NCBI GenBank assembly: GCA_963702435.1 | Contig: CAVPCR010000005.1 | Coordinates: forward strand, 128,001-192,000 | DNA from: Candidatus Eiseniibacteriota bacterium | GTDB taxonomy: Bacteria > Eisenbacteria > RBG-16-71-46 > CAVPCR01 | DNA: 64,000 bases | Direction: 5' to 3' | Shown: in pieces, positions 42,039 to 59,188 of the stretch | How positions within the stretch are numbered: the stretch's first letter is position 1 | How the letters are laid out: each line of letters opens with the position of its first letter | Notes under the pieces: generated by a model | The model's input: the letters and a program-made list of their open reading frames with translations, nothing else | Told to the model about the DNA's origin: nothing | Databases searched by the model: none | Made by a program: the position numbers and the translations under genes

Positions 42039-43380
42039 GGCGCGACCGCTCCGCGCTGCGCCGGCCCGGGCGAGCAGCCAGCGCCGCTTCTCGAGGATGC
42101 GCTCGACGTCCGCGTCGAGGAGCGCGAGCGCCGAGTCGGCCGCGACGGCGCCGCGCGACCGCCATCTCGGACCGCTCCTGCACGCGGATCGCGATCTGCT
42201 CCCACTCGGGGATCTTCGGCGTCGCCACGACGCGGCGGAGCTGTCGCCGGAAGGCGCGGATGTTCGGGTCGCGCGGCGAGGGAGGAGTCCTCCCAGGCCT
42301 GCGACCGCGCCGGCAGGTCGCCGGTCAGCGCGTAGAAGCGGAGCTGCTGTCCGGGCGCGGACAGGAACTCGATGAACTTCCACGCCGCCTCCGGGTGCGG
42401 CGAGCTCGCGAAGAGGACGAGGCTCGAGCCGCCGGCGAGCGAGACGCCCGGATGCGCCGCGTCGGGCCCGGGAAGGGCGCCGTCGCCCACGCGTCCTGCA
42501 GTCTCGGGCGGCAGCCGCCGCCGGAACTCGCCGAGGTTCCACGGGCCGGTGATGTACATGGCGAAGTAGCCGCGCGCGAACTCCTGGTACATGTTCGCGA
42601 TCTCGTTGTTGCCGACCGGCGGGGCGAGCCCGTCCCGGAAGAGTCCAGGTAGAAGTCGAAGGCGCGGCGGAACGCGGGCTCGCTGAAGGCCCCGCGACGT
42701 CGCACTCGTCCGCCAGGAGCGGCGAGCCGGCCTGGAGCCCGAGGATCACCGGCTGCGCACCACTCGTTGAGCGGCAGGAAGATGGCATACCGATCGGCGC
42801 CGACCTGGCGCTTGACCGCCTCCATCGCCGCCCGCCACGCGGGCCAGGTCGGCCGGCATCGCAGTCGATAGCCGGCCGCGGCCAGGATGTCCTTGCGGTA
42901 GAAGAGCAGGCGCGTGTCCACGTACCACGGGATGCCGTACGGCGACGCCGTCGACCACGTTCGTGCTCCAGATGCCCGGAGAAGAAGTGCGTCGGGCCGC
43001 ACGGCCGCCGACCGCCTCGATCCACGGCGTCGAGCGGGGCGAGGGCGCGGAGCGCGACGAACTCGGCGAATCCAGGTGTTCCCGAGCTGCGCGAGGTCGG
43101 GCGTCGAGCGGCCGACGAAGGCGGTCAGGAGCTTCTCGTGCGCGGCCGACCACGGGACCTGCTGCACCTCGACCCGGATCCCCGGATGCGCGCGCTCGAA
43201 CTCCGGGACCAGCTCCTGGCCACCACCTCACCCTCGCGCCCCATGCCCCCAGAAGCGGAGCACCGTCTCGCCGATCCTCGCCCGCGCGCCGGCAGCCGGC
43301 GAGGAGGAGGATGAGGGCGAGCAGGAGGACGCGCGGCGGCGACCGCCGAGCGTGGCGCGCGGCTCCGCTCGATCGTCCCG
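42035..43380 (-). CDS. Sugar ABC transporter substrate-binding lipoprotein, frameshifted (start approximate)
   Basis: LLLAGC lipobox; VLRFW..GREGEVV, QQVPWSAAHEKLLTA, GIPWYVDTRLLFYRKD, AMYITGPWN, SLAGGSSL, TPKIPEWE. Confidence 0.75.
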
Positions 43381-44841
43381 CCTTGCCCGCCTTCGGCGCG
43401 TCGAGCCAGCCGCCGCTGAAACCGGCCGCCTGAGACCGCGGACCACATGCGGGTTCTTCCGCATGGTCCGCCAGACGAGCCCGCTCCGGTAGTTCTCGAC
43501 CATGGCCAGGATCGGCCCCTGGTCGATGCCCAGGTAGTCGGTGTCGAACCAGCCCGCGCGCCGGATCGACCCGGCCGTGCTGCACCGGGACCGTCGAGCG
43601 TGAAGGTCGGATTGAACGCGTCGAGGAAGCCGTACGGTCGAGAAGACGTTCTCGCCGTACCGCTCGCGCATCGAGAGGAGTGTCGGCACCACGAGCTCGG
43701 GGGCGAAGGCGATCGAGCCGCCCGCGGCCGGACGGCGACAAGGTGCCGTCGTCCTGGACCTCGGTGAACGAGGCGCCGCGCGCCCAGTAGGTGTGGAACT
43801 CGGCGCTTCCGGCCGTCGATCTCGACCTCGCGATCGACCGGCCGTCGCAGGCGGTGAGCCCCCAGATGCTCCGGTCCGTAGCCGGCCCAGCCGGCCGGAT
43901 TGGCCACCGCGTAGGCGTGCTGCGCGAGGACGGCGCGGCGCGAGTTCTCGAAGTAGTCGATCCCGCGCTCGCGCATCGCTGCGTCCTGGATGCCGCGGAG
44001 ATCGATCCACACGTGCGTGTACTGGTGCCCGAAGAGCGGAGCGAACCCGACGTGCTCCTGGCCCTGGAAGCTCGCCCCAGCGGTACCCGCTCGGTCCCAC
44101 GCCGACCACGCCACGGCGAGCGACCGGATGGGTCGGCGAGCCGAGCGCCAGGAGGTAGAGAAGCATCGCCTCGTTGTAGCCGCGCCAGTCGTAGGGGAGG
44201 AAACCGCCCTCCGGAGTCCAGCCGTGGCCGATCGTGGGCGGCCGCACCTGCGCCCACTGCCAGTCGACGCGCGCGTAGAGCGAGTCGGCAACGGCCGCGG
44301 ATCCGGACCTCGTCGCCGGCCATCCTGGTCGAAGTAGCGACTGGCAGAAGAGCACGCCGGCCAGCAGGAGCGCCGTGTCCATGGTCGAGAGCTCGACGTC
44401 CTCGAAGCGGGCTCCCGTCTCCGGGTCGAGGAAGTGGTAGAAGAACCCGCGGTACCCGCTCGCGCCGGCGCGCGCCGTGTCCTGCCGCGCGGCGGCGAGG
44501 AAACGAAGCGTCGACAGCACGCGGGTCGCGCGCCTCCTCGCGCGAGATGTAGCCGCGCTCGACGCCGATCGGATAGGCGGTGAGCGCGAAGCCGGTGGCG
44601 CCGACGCTGGCGAAGGAGCGGGTCGGCGCAGCGATCCGGGGCGAGGCCGGTCTGCGGGTCGGCAAGATCCCAGAAGTAAGCGGAAGGTGCGCTCCTCGAG
44701 CGTGTCGAGGAAGGCGCTCTCGTGGGCGGCGAGCGCCGGCAGCGCGGAGGTGGAGCGGGTGTCCGGCGTCTCGCGCTGGCAGGAAGAAAGGAGCACCCCG
44801 CACACACAGGATGCCGCGATCAGGATCGCCCTTCCCCGCAT
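43380..44841 (-). CDS. Glucoamylase-family (GH144-like) lipoprotein, frameshifted (3' end approximate)
   Basis: LLSSC lipobox; ASVGATGFALT, YRGFFYHF, ELSTMDTALL, GYNEAMLLY, PLFGHQYTH, DYFENSRRA, DYLGIDQGPI. Confidence 0.8.
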
Positions 44842-44980
44842 CACCTGGGCCCTCCCCGCCGCCGGTGGCCTTGCACTGCCGTGGCCGAGAGCAACGCACC
44901 GGACTGCCGCAGGAGAAGCTAGCACACGCCCCCGGGCACGGGAAGTCCGGGCGGGTGCATCCGGGCAACCAGGGCGAACG

Positions 44981-46954
44981 CTAGGGCCCGCGGGGCGCGC
45001 CGCGCGCGGTCATCGCGGTCTCGACTTCATGCAGGAGCCGGCGCAGGCTCTCCCGCTCACCGCGCCGATAGGGCGGCACTTCGGCGAGAGCGATCGCGAA
45101 GCACCGCCGCGCCGGGTCGAGGTCTCCGAGCGCGTAGAGCGCCGATCCGAGGTTCGCGTAGAGCTCGCGATGCGCGCCGCCGCTCGCGCGGAGACCCGCC
45201 GCCGAGTAGGACGCGAGACCGCGCCAGTCGCCGCCCAGGTAATGAAAGACGCCGAGCGCATAGTCCTCGACCGGATAGGACTGCCGGTGGACGAACCCGT
45301 CGAGCCAGCGCTCGAGACGCCCGCGGCGCGGCGGCCCGAGCCCGGGCACGGTGGCGAGATCGAGCGGGAGCGGAACCCCGGCGTCCAGGCGCCGCGCGCT
45401 CTCGTCGATCGCATCCTCGGCTGCTCGATCGGCGAGGACGAAGACCGCGGCGAGGTGATCGTAGTAGGCGAGTCGCCATCGCCGGTCGGCAAGGAGCATG
45501 CCCAGCAATTCGGGTCGGTCGCGATAGGGAAAGACGGCCCACCCCGCCCCGTGGCGGCGGGCCGTGGCCGTGAACGCGTCCGGCGAGCGCAGGGATTCCA
45601 TCCACACGCCGTAGAATTCCTCGCCCATCACCTCGAGGCGGCCGTCGATGAAGACCGGACGCGCGAGCGCATAGCCGAGATGACCGCCGAAGTTCAGGTC
45701 ATTGAACATGCGGCCGGGAAGCCGCGCGCGGCACGCGTAGGCGGCCGCGTCGACCGGCAGGAGGTAGCGGTTCCAGCCGAACCCGAAACGCTCGAGCCGC
45801 CCGCGTCCGACGTAGTACGCGTCGTTCACGACGCGGAGCCCGAAGAGGACCGCGGCGAGCGCGATCGCGGCGAGGACGGCGCGTTCGCCGCGCCGCGCTG
45901 CGCGCGTGCCGAGACCCGCCCGCCGGAGGAGCGCGCCGAGCGGAAGCGCCCACGCGGTGCCCGGCACGCAGGCGATCGCGAGGAGCGGCGCGTTCCGGAC
46001 CATGCTCAGAGCGAGGGCAGTGAACGCGATCGCAAGGAGGACGTGGGCCGGACGGCGAGCCTTCCAGAGCGGAACGAGCGAGAAGAGGACGAGCGCGATG
46101 AAGGCGAAGAGGCTCACGATCGGCACGAGGTAGAGCCCCAGGTTCTCTCCGCCGAGTGTGGCGAAGGGCGATTCGTATTCACCGATCGTCTCGTGGAACA
46201 GGTGCCCGCTCGCAAGCCGCGTGGCGAGGACGAGCGCCATCGCGACGCCGCGCGCACCGAAGGGGTTCACGAACACGGCGGCGGCGGCCGCGGCGCTCGC
46301 GGCGAGGAGCCGCCGGTCGAGACGGCGATCCCGGATCCATGCCCCGATGTTGAAGCAGCAGAGCGCCACGAACCCGACCACGAAGAGACTATGGATGTTG
46401 CTCCAGAGCGCGAAGAGAACAGGCAGCGCCCAGAGCGGCGCAGGGCCCTTCTCGGCGTGACGCGTGAGGATGTGGAGCGTCGCGGCGAGGAGGACATACG
46501 AGCCGAGCTCCGGGCGCACCTCGAAGCGCTCCTCGGAGAGAAGCACGCCGAGGAAAACGAGGAACGCGAGGCTCGCCGCGTTGCAGGGGGCGAGACGCGC
46601 AGTTCGCGCGACGATCGCGAAGGCGGCGACGGCAAGGAAGAGATGAAGGATGATCATCCCGGCTGTGCCGCCCGCGGACGCGGCGAGGGCAAGGACCACG
46701 TCATAGCCCCAGCTCGTGTTCACGTCGCGATGGTCGGTCACCGTGTGGGTAAGCGTGTCGAAGCGCGGGATCTCGCGGCTCGCAAGGATGACGTACCCGC
46801 GCGCGAGATGGAATCCCGCATCGGGGCTCCCGACCTGGCGGAGCGAGAGAAGCGCTAGAACGAGGAAGACGAGGAGGAGCGAGAGCGACCCGCCACGACG
46901 CGTCGGGGCGGGCGCCGGAGAGTCGATGGAATCGGCGGCGGAGAACGCGAACAT
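44981..46954 (-). CDS. Polytopic membrane protein (GT-C-like) with C-terminal TPR
   Basis: DAGFHLARG...SWGYD, RPELGSY, LWSNIH, NPFG, VFIDGRLEV; many hydrophobic segments; YANLGSALYALGDLD TPR; start uncertain. Confidence 0.65.
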   Translation of the reverse strand: MFAFSAADSIDSPAPAPTRRGGSLSLLLVFLVLALLSLRQVGSPDAGFHLARGYVILASREIPRFDTLTHTVTDHRDVNTSWGYDVVLALAASAGGTAGMIILHLFLAVAAFAIVARTARLAPCNAASLAFLVFLGVLLSEERFEVRPELGSYVLLAATLHILTRHAEKGPAPLWALPVLFALWSNIHSLFVVGFVALCCFNIGAWIRDRRLDRRLLAASAAAAAAVFVNPFGARGVAMALVLATRLASGHLFHETIGEYESPFATLGGENLGLYLVPIVSLFAFIALVLFSLVPLWKARRPAHVLLAIAFTALALSMVRNAPLLAIACVPGTAWALPLGALLRRAGLGTRAARRGERAVLAAIALAAVLFGLRVVNDAYYVGRGRLERFGFGWNRYLLPVDAAAYACRARLPGRMFNDLNFGGHLGYALARPVFIDGRLEVMGEEFYGVWMESLRSPDAFTATARRHGAGWAVFPYRDRPELLGMLLADRRWRLAYYDHLAAVFVLADRAAEDAIDESARRLDAGVPLPLDLATVPGLGPPRRGRLERWLDGFVHRQSYPVEDYALGVFHYLGGDWRGLASYSAAGLRASGGAHRELYANLGSALYALGDLDPARRCFAIALAEVPPYRRGERESLRRLLHEVETAMTARGAPRGP

Positions 46955-47035
46955 CACCGAGTATACTGCCACAGGCGACCCGCAACCCCCGATTATTCTT
47001 GACCAACGAGTCCCTTCTGTTCTATCGATTGTGGG

Positions 47036-47488
47036 GTGAGTCACGGCATCTCACGCGCCGCGCAGTACGCGGTGCGCACCCTCGTCCACCTCGCGCTCGA
47101 GCGTGATGCAGCGGCCTCCCCGGTCAGGGACATCGCGGAGGCCGAGGGGATTCCGCCGCACTTCCTGGCCAAGCTCGTCGGGAAGCTGGCGCGGGCCGGC
47201 CTCGTCGATGCGTTCAAAGGCCCCGGGGGAGGCATCCGCCTGGCCAAGCCCCCGACCCGGATCAAGCTCATGCAGGTGATCGAGGCCGTGGACGGCCCCG
47301 CATTCCTGTCCGCGTGCTTTCTCGGACTTCGCTCGTGCTCGGACGAACAGCCCTGCGCCATGCATGAGAACTGGAAGGCGCTGCGCACGCGGCTGGCCGC
47401 CGACTTCGATCGGATCACGATCGCCGAGCTCGCCGCGTCGGCGCGACGAAACCCGCCGGCCGCGGGCGGATCCGGCGCGGCGCGGTAG
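47036..47488 (+). CDS. Rrf2-family transcriptional regulator (3 Cys, probable Fe-S)
   Basis: [46 protein letters not shown]. Confidence 0.9.
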   Translation: MSHGISRAAQYAVRTLVHLALERDAAASPVRDIAEAEGIPPHFLAKLVGKLARAGLVDAFKGPGGGIRLAKPPTRIKLMQVIEAVDGPAFLSACFLGLRSCSDEQPCAMHENWKALRTRLAADFDRITIAELAASARRNPPAAGGSGAAR

Positions 47489-47582
47489 AGCCCACGTTCC
47501 GGTTGCCGCCGCGCCCCCGAGGTCCTACCATCGACCCCTTGCCCACCACGACCCCGTTCACCCTGTTCGACTTCACTCTACG

Positions 47583-53195
<5,613 letters not shown>

Positions 53196-53291
53196 GGCGG
53201 CGGCGAAAACGGCAGCGCGGTGCCGCTTGCCGGGCGGGCGTCGATCGCGTAGCATCACCGGTCCCCGATCCCGCGCCGCGAGGAGCAACCC

Positions 53292-54461
53292 GTGGATTTC
53301 GACTTCGCGCCCGAACAGGAGCTCTTCCGCAAGACCCTCCGGCAGTTCGCCGAGGAGGAGATTCGCCCCCACGTCCGCGAGTGGGATGAGCACCAGCACT
53401 TCCCGCGCGACGTGTTCAAGAAGCTCGGCGACCTCGGGATCATGGGCATCATCTTTCCCGAGGACTACGGCGGTTCCGGCCTCGGATACATCGACTACGT
53501 GCTCGCGGTCGAGGAGCTGTCGCGAGTGGACGGTTCGGTCGGGATCACGGTCGCGGCGCACAACTCGCTGTGCACGAACGCCATCTTCGAGGCGGGCACC
53601 GAGGAACAGAAGCGCCGCTACATCCCGAAGCTCGCGAGCGGCGAGTGGATCGGCTCGTGGAGCCTGACCGAGCCGACCGCGGGCTCCGATTCCGGCGGCA
53701 CCAAGACCGTGGCGCGCCGGGACGGGGACACCTACATCCTGAACGGCTCGAAGACCTTCGCCACGCAGGGCACGCAGTGCGACGTGGCCGTCGTCTACGC
53801 CACGATCGATCCCAAGCTCGGGAAGAAGGGCATCACCGCCTTCATCATCGAGAAGGGCACGCCCGGCTTCCGGGCGGGGAAGAAGGAGGACAAGCTCGGG
53901 CTGCGCGCCTCCGACACCGCCGAGCTCGTCATGCAGGACTGCGTGGTGCCGGCTGCCAATCGCCTCGGCGCAGAGGGCGAGGGCTTCCACGACGCGATGA
54001 AGATCCTCGACGGCGGGCGCATCTCGATCGCCGCGCTCGCGCTCGGCATGGCCGAAGGCGCCTTCGCGGCGGCGCTCGCCTACTCGAAGGAGCGCGAGCA
54101 GTTCGGGCAGCCGATCGCCCAGTTCCAGGCCATCCAGAACATGCTGGCCGACATGGCCAAGGAGATCGACGCCGCCCGTCTCCTCACCTACCACGCGGCG
54201 TGGATGAAGGATCGCGGCATGCGCGTGACGCGGCACTCGGCGATGGCCAAGCTCTACGCGTCCGAAGTGGGCGTGCGGGCAACCAACGATGCGATCCAGA
54301 TCTTCGGCGGCTACGGTTACACCAAGGACTTCCCGGTCGAGAAGTTCTACCGCGACATGAAGCTGTGCACGATCGGCGAGGGCACGTCGGAGATCCAGCG
54401 CCTGGTGATCGCGCGCGAGCTATTGAAGGAGTCGGCGGCGGCGGGAGCCGGAGCGCGGTAG
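53292..54461 (+). CDS. Acyl-CoA dehydrogenase
   Basis: [59 protein letters not shown]. Confidence 0.95.
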   Translation: MDFDFAPEQELFRKTLRQFAEEEIRPHVREWDEHQHFPRDVFKKLGDLGIMGIIFPEDYGGSGLGYIDYVLAVEELSRVDGSVGITVAAHNSLCTNAIFEAGTEEQKRRYIPKLASGEWIGSWSLTEPTAGSDSGGTKTVARRDGDTYILNGSKTFATQGTQCDVAVVYATIDPKLGKKGITAFIIEKGTPGFRAGKKEDKLGLRASDTAELVMQDCVVPAANRLGAEGEGFHDAMKILDGGRISIAALALGMAEGAFAAALAYSKEREQFGQPIAQFQAIQNMLADMAKEIDAARLLTYHAAWMKDRGMRVTRHSAMAKLYASEVGVRATNDAIQIFGGYGYTKDFPVEKFYRDMKLCTIGEGTSEIQRLVIARELLKESAAAGAGAR

Positions 54462-56034
54462 GGCGGCGTTCGCGATCCCGCGGGATCGTGCGGGCGCCGG
54501 CGCGGGCGAACGCGAACGCACGGGTCGAGGGGGCGAACGCACGGGTCGAGGGGGCGAACGCACGGGTCGAGGGGGCGTTCCGAGTCGCGCGGGGGGAGCG
54601 GGCGCCGGCCGGCTCAAACAGTCCTCGCCCGCCCGCGAGCCTCAGTCCCGGACTACCACGTCCGGCGGTGTGGGCGGGCTGCGGAACTCGCCGGCCTTCG
54701 CGCCCGCTCCCCCCACGCTCCGCGACCGGTCCCATGGATGCACCCGCTCGACGATCCCGCGGGATCGCCACATAGGGCACGTGCTCTTCCCGCACTTCCC
54801 AGGCGCCACGCCCCCACGTCGATCGTCGCTCGTCGGCTGGGGTTTCGGCGTAGGCGCGGTCGAAGTCGTCCTCGGTCGGGTCGTCGGCATCGGCGAAGGC
54901 GGCCTTCTCGGCGGCCCACTTCTGCTGCCACCACCAGAGCATGTCCGCCGTCACCTCGCCGGTGTCTCCCAGGGTCCAGCCGGCGCGGGCCGTGAACACC
55001 AGGTCGCCGGAGGCGTCGTGGTTGATCACGAGCTTCCCCTCGTGCGCCTGCCGGTGATGCCACCAGCAGAGATAGATCAGGTTCTTCACCTGGTGCCGGC
55101 CGCCCTCCGCCCACGGCTTCAGGTGATGCAGATCCAGCCACAGCCGCCGCTTGCATCCCGGCACCCGGCAGCACCGCCCATCCCTGACCCCCACCGCCCG
55201 CCGCGTCACCTCGCTCACCGTGCGCGTCCCCCGACTCAGCATCTCCTCGCGCTGCAGGCGGAGCGTGCAGTCACAGAGGAGCCGCGAGAGGACTTCGGGC
55301 TTGAGCGGTGCCGCCCCGTGGGAGCTCTCCGTCCACGCCGTGCCATCCTCATCGAGGTGGACGACCACCGTGTACCGCTCCGCTGTCTTCACCTCGCCGG
55401 CGGGTCCGGAGAGGAAGTCGGCCGCCAGGAAGACGAGCGACTCGGCGGAGGAGAGCGTTGCTCCGGCCTGGCGGCGGACTTCGTCGAGCGCCCGCGTCAC
55501 GAGCTCCATCTCCTCCGCCGGCAGATCCACCACCATCCGCGTGGTCGCCGCGTTCAAGGCGCTCGTCATCAGCCGCCGCGCCGGCGGCGCGCCCTTCTTG
55601 CTCCGCGCCACCTGGGTCTCCAGCTCCTCCGCGGTCAGCTTGAGTGCCCGCTCCAGCCACGCCGCTTCGGTCTCCGGCGTCACCACCCGCACCAATGTGC
55701 GCACCTTGGCGTAGGAGAGCTGGCCCGTAGCGAACGCCTGATCGATGAGGGGGAGTTCGGCGAGCGCCTGCGCCACCCGGATCCGCTGGCGCGCGGCGAT
55801 GCGGCTCACCCCGCAGATGAGCTCGAGGTAGTGGGCCATGGTCGGGCAGCCGTACTCCTCGTAGCCCTCGCACTCCTCCATGCGGCGGATGAGGAGGGTG
55901 AGCCGGTGGAGATTCCAGTTCGCGAAGGCCGCGTTTCTGAGGAACTCGGCATGGAGGGCGGCGGGGGTGGACTCCCGGCCGGGGTCGGCGCCCGGCTCGG
56001 CCATCGGGTCGGCGGCGGCGGCGCTGGCGGTCAT
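54184..56034 (-). CDS. DUF222/13E12-like HNH endonuclease; C-terminal ~200 aa run through repeats and overlap the convergent gene
   Basis: [12 protein letters not shown]...[25 protein letters not shown]...LDLHH...WAEGG...[23 protein letters not shown]. Confidence 0.8.
   Translation of the reverse strand: MTASAAAADPMAEPGADPGRESTPAALHAEFLRNAAFANWNLHRLTLLIRRMEECEGYEEYGCPTMAHYLELICGVSRIAARQRIRVAQALAELPLIDQAFATGQLSYAKVRTLVRVVTPETEAAWLERALKLTAEELETQVARSKKGAPPARRLMTSALNAATTRMVVDLPAEEMELVTRALDEVRRQAGATLSSAESLVFLAADFLSGPAGEVKTAERYTVVVHLDEDGTAWTESSHGAAPLKPEVLSRLLCDCTLRLQREEMLSRGTRTVSEVTRRAVGVRDGRCCRVPGCKRRLWLDLHHLKPWAEGGRHQVKNLIYLCWWHHRQAHEGKLVINHDASGDLVFTARAGWTLGDTGEVTADMLWWWQQKWAAEKAAFADADDPTEDDFDRAYAETPADERRSTWGRGAWEVREEHVPYVAIPRDRRAGASMGPVAERGGSGREGRRVPQPAHTAGRGSPGLRLAGGRGLFEPAGARSPRATRNAPSTRAFAPSTRAFAPSTRAFAFARAGARTIPRDRERRPTALRLPPPPTPSIARARSPGAGSPTCPRRSCTASCRGRTSRPGSPWCNRSRRRSGSHRWLPARPLRTRRAWPSPSAASRACRDPSSTPRGR
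54512..54576. repeat. 21-bp tandem repeat GCGAACGCACGGGTCGAGGGG x3
   Basis: Directly visible. Confidence 0.85.
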
Positions 56035-56088
56035 GGCGAACTCCTTGGTGGAAAAGCCGTTAGGTGGTTCGAGGTCGCCTGTCGCCAG

Positions 56089-56116
56089 AGACTATATGAA
56101 TGTATAGTTAAGTCAA
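56089..56116 (-). promoter_or_regulatory. Sigma-70-type promoter of the HNH gene with embedded palindrome ACTATA-N6-TATAGT
   Basis: TTGACT-N16-TAGTCT on minus strand in an AT-rich island; inverted repeat 56091-56108. Confidence 0.55.
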
Positions 56117-56300
56117 GGAGTTTTTTCAGGGCGGGGAGCTCAGGCGATCCCGCGGGATCGTGCCTGCCGGGGGTGGGTACGCGCAGCGCGTGAGGCGGAC
56201 GGGCGCAGAGGCCGGCGACTTCTGCAGCCCGCCCTCAGTGCTGGGAGTGGCGAATCTCCGACGCAGGTCGCGGGCGGGCGAAGACCGGAGCCGGCCGGCG

Positions 56301-56440
56301 CCCGCCGCCGAGCGCGACCCCGCCGCCGAGCGCGACCCCGCCGCCGAGCGCGACCCCGCCGCCGAGCGCGACCGCGCCGCCGAGGCGCGACCCCGCCGCC
56401 GGGTGCGACCGCGCCCCCAGGCGCGACCCCGCCCCCAGGC
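56301..56440. repeat. 18-bp tandem repeat CCCGCCGCCGAGCGCGAC x4 plus degenerate copies
   Basis: Directly visible. Confidence 0.85.
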
Positions 56441-56513
56441 GCGCCGCCTCCGCTCGGGGGCGCTCCGCCCCCGGGCGATCCCGCGGGAGCGTTGTCACGC
56501 CGCCTTCAATCCA

Positions 56514-56666
56514 GATTGGACGAGCCAATCTTCGTGCGCGCGACGCGGCCATCTCGCGCCGATCTCCTGGTTCCCACGCCAAGAACTCGCTTGACGCCCC
56601 GCCCACCGCCGCCGACAATCTCCATGCAGCGAAGCCCCAGCCAATCGATCATTGGACCATCCAATG
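56514..56666 (+). promoter_or_regulatory. pdxR promoter with ATTGG/CCAAT operator repeats
   Basis: TTGACG(56591)-N17-GACAAT(56614); GATTGG-N5-CCAATC at 56514-56530; CCAAT-N5-ATTGG-N5-CCAAT at 56641-56665. Confidence 0.65.
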
Positions 56667-58256
56667 CACATCGACCTCGATCGCACACAGAGCGAGCCCG
56701 TTTACCGACAGATCGCCCTCCATCTGCGGGCGATGATCGAGTCGGGGGCCCTTCCGGCCGGCACCCGCCTGCCGCCGTCGCGCGACCTCGCGCGCACGCT
56801 CGGCGTGAACCGTGCCACGGTGACCGCGGCCTACGACGCCCTCGGCACCCTCGGCGCGGTCGAGGCCACGGTCGGGCGCGGCACCTTCGTGCGATCGCAG
56901 GCGGCGCCCATGGCTGGGGCGACGCTCGCCGCCTCGCCCGCGATCGCCGGCGCCCGCCTCAGCGCTCGAGGGAGCGACGCACCCGATACCGCCGCGGCTC
57001 CCGCCGCCTCGAGCCCCGCCACCTTCTCGCGCGCGATCGATGAGCTGCTCCGTTATCCCGCGCGCGAGGCCGTGGCGAGCGATCACCCCCACGCGGTCGA
57101 CTTCGCAGCGCTCTACCCGGACGAGAGCCTCTTCCCGGTCACCACCTTCCGGCGCCTCATGGCCGAGGTCCTCGCCCAGCGCGGGCGCGAGCTCCTCCAG
57201 TACTCCGCTCCGGAGGGCGATCCCGATCTTCGCGCCTACATCGCCGGCGAGCTCAGTCGGGCCGGCGTCCAGGTCGCGCCCGACGACATCCTCATCGTGA
57301 ACGGGGCCCAGCAGGGGCTCGATCTCCTCCTCCGCACGTTCGTCGATCCGGGCGACCCGGTCGTCGTCGAGTCGCCGACCTACTGGAGCGTGCTCCCCGC
57401 GCTCGGCTTCTACCGGGCCGAGGTGATCGAGGTGCCGATGACGCCGCACGGCATGGACACCGACGCCCTCGCCGCCGTCCTCGCCACGCGCCGGCCGAAG
57501 CTCATCTACACGATGCCCAACTTCCAGAATCCGACCGGCATCACGATGAACCTCGAAACGCGCCGGCGGCTCACCGATCTCGCGCGCCGCCATGCGGTGC
57601 CCGTCATCGAGGACGACTACGAGAAGGATCTCCGCCTTCGCGGCGACGGCCTGCCGAGCCTGAAGGCGATCGCGCCCGATGCGCTCATCATGCATCTCGG
57701 CACCTTCTCGAAGGGGCTCTTTCCCGGCGTGCGCCTCGGCTGGATCGCCGCTCCTCCCGCGGTCCGCGAGCGGCTCGTCCTCGCCAAGCGCTACGCCGAT
57801 CTGCACACGAGCGCGCTCGCGCAGGCGGTGATCGCCGCCTTCTGCCGCGGCGGGCACTATGCGCGACACATCGCCAAGCTCCATCGCGTCTACCGCGATC
57901 GCCGCGCGGCGCTTCTCGCCGCGCTCGAGCGCCACTTCCCGGCGGAGGCGAGCTGGACGCGTCCCGACGGCGGCTACGCGCTGTGGGTCACACTGCCGCA
58001 CGAGATTCACGTCCGGGATCTCCTGGCCGAGGCCCGCGCCGAGGGCGTGGTCTTCACGCCGGGCCACTACTTCTTCAATAGCGACCGGGGTGACAACTGC
58101 CTCCGGCTCTCGATCGCGCGCGCCGATTGCGATGCGATCGAGCGCGGCGGCCAGATCCTCGGCCGGATCATCAAGCGACGGCTTCGCGCCGGCGCCGGCG
58201 CCGGCCCCGACGACCGGGTCCGGCGGGCGGCCGCCCAGGCGCTGCCGCACTTGTAG
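56664..58256 (+). CDS. pdxR: MocR/GabR-family PLP-dependent regulator (PdxR-like)
   Basis: PVYRQIA...LPPSRDLARTLGVNRATV...GRGTFV wHTH; NGAQQGL, PNFQNPTG, IEDDY, GTFSKGLFPGVRLGW; directly upstream of pdxS/pdxT. Confidence 0.85.
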   Translation: MHIDLDRTQSEPVYRQIALHLRAMIESGALPAGTRLPPSRDLARTLGVNRATVTAAYDALGTLGAVEATVGRGTFVRSQAAPMAGATLAASPAIAGARLSARGSDAPDTAAAPAASSPATFSRAIDELLRYPAREAVASDHPHAVDFAALYPDESLFPVTTFRRLMAEVLAQRGRELLQYSAPEGDPDLRAYIAGELSRAGVQVAPDDILIVNGAQQGLDLLLRTFVDPGDPVVVESPTYWSVLPALGFYRAEVIEVPMTPHGMDTDALAAVLATRRPKLIYTMPNFQNPTGITMNLETRRRLTDLARRHAVPVIEDDYEKDLRLRGDGLPSLKAIAPDALIMHLGTFSKGLFPGVRLGWIAAPPAVRERLVLAKRYADLHTSALAQAVIAAFCRGGHYARHIAKLHRVYRDRRAALLAALERHFPAEASWTRPDGGYALWVTLPHEIHVRDLLAEARAEGVVFTPGHYFFNSDRGDNCLRLSIARADCDAIERGGQILGRIIKRRLRAGAGAGPDDRVRRAAAQALPHL

Positions 58257-58303
58257 CGCTCCGTCATCCGTAGCCCGTCATCCTTAGCAAGGAGGTGAAC
58301 GTC

Positions 58304-59183
<880 letters not shown>

Positions 59184-59188
<5 letters not shown>

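Larger units (their letters stand above)
54473..56491. repeat. Four copies of the 16-bp palindrome CGATCCCGCGGGATCG bracketing the HNH core
   Basis: Perfect copies at 54473-54488, 54752-54767 and 56145-56160; 1-mismatch copy at 56476-56491. Confidence 0.85.
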
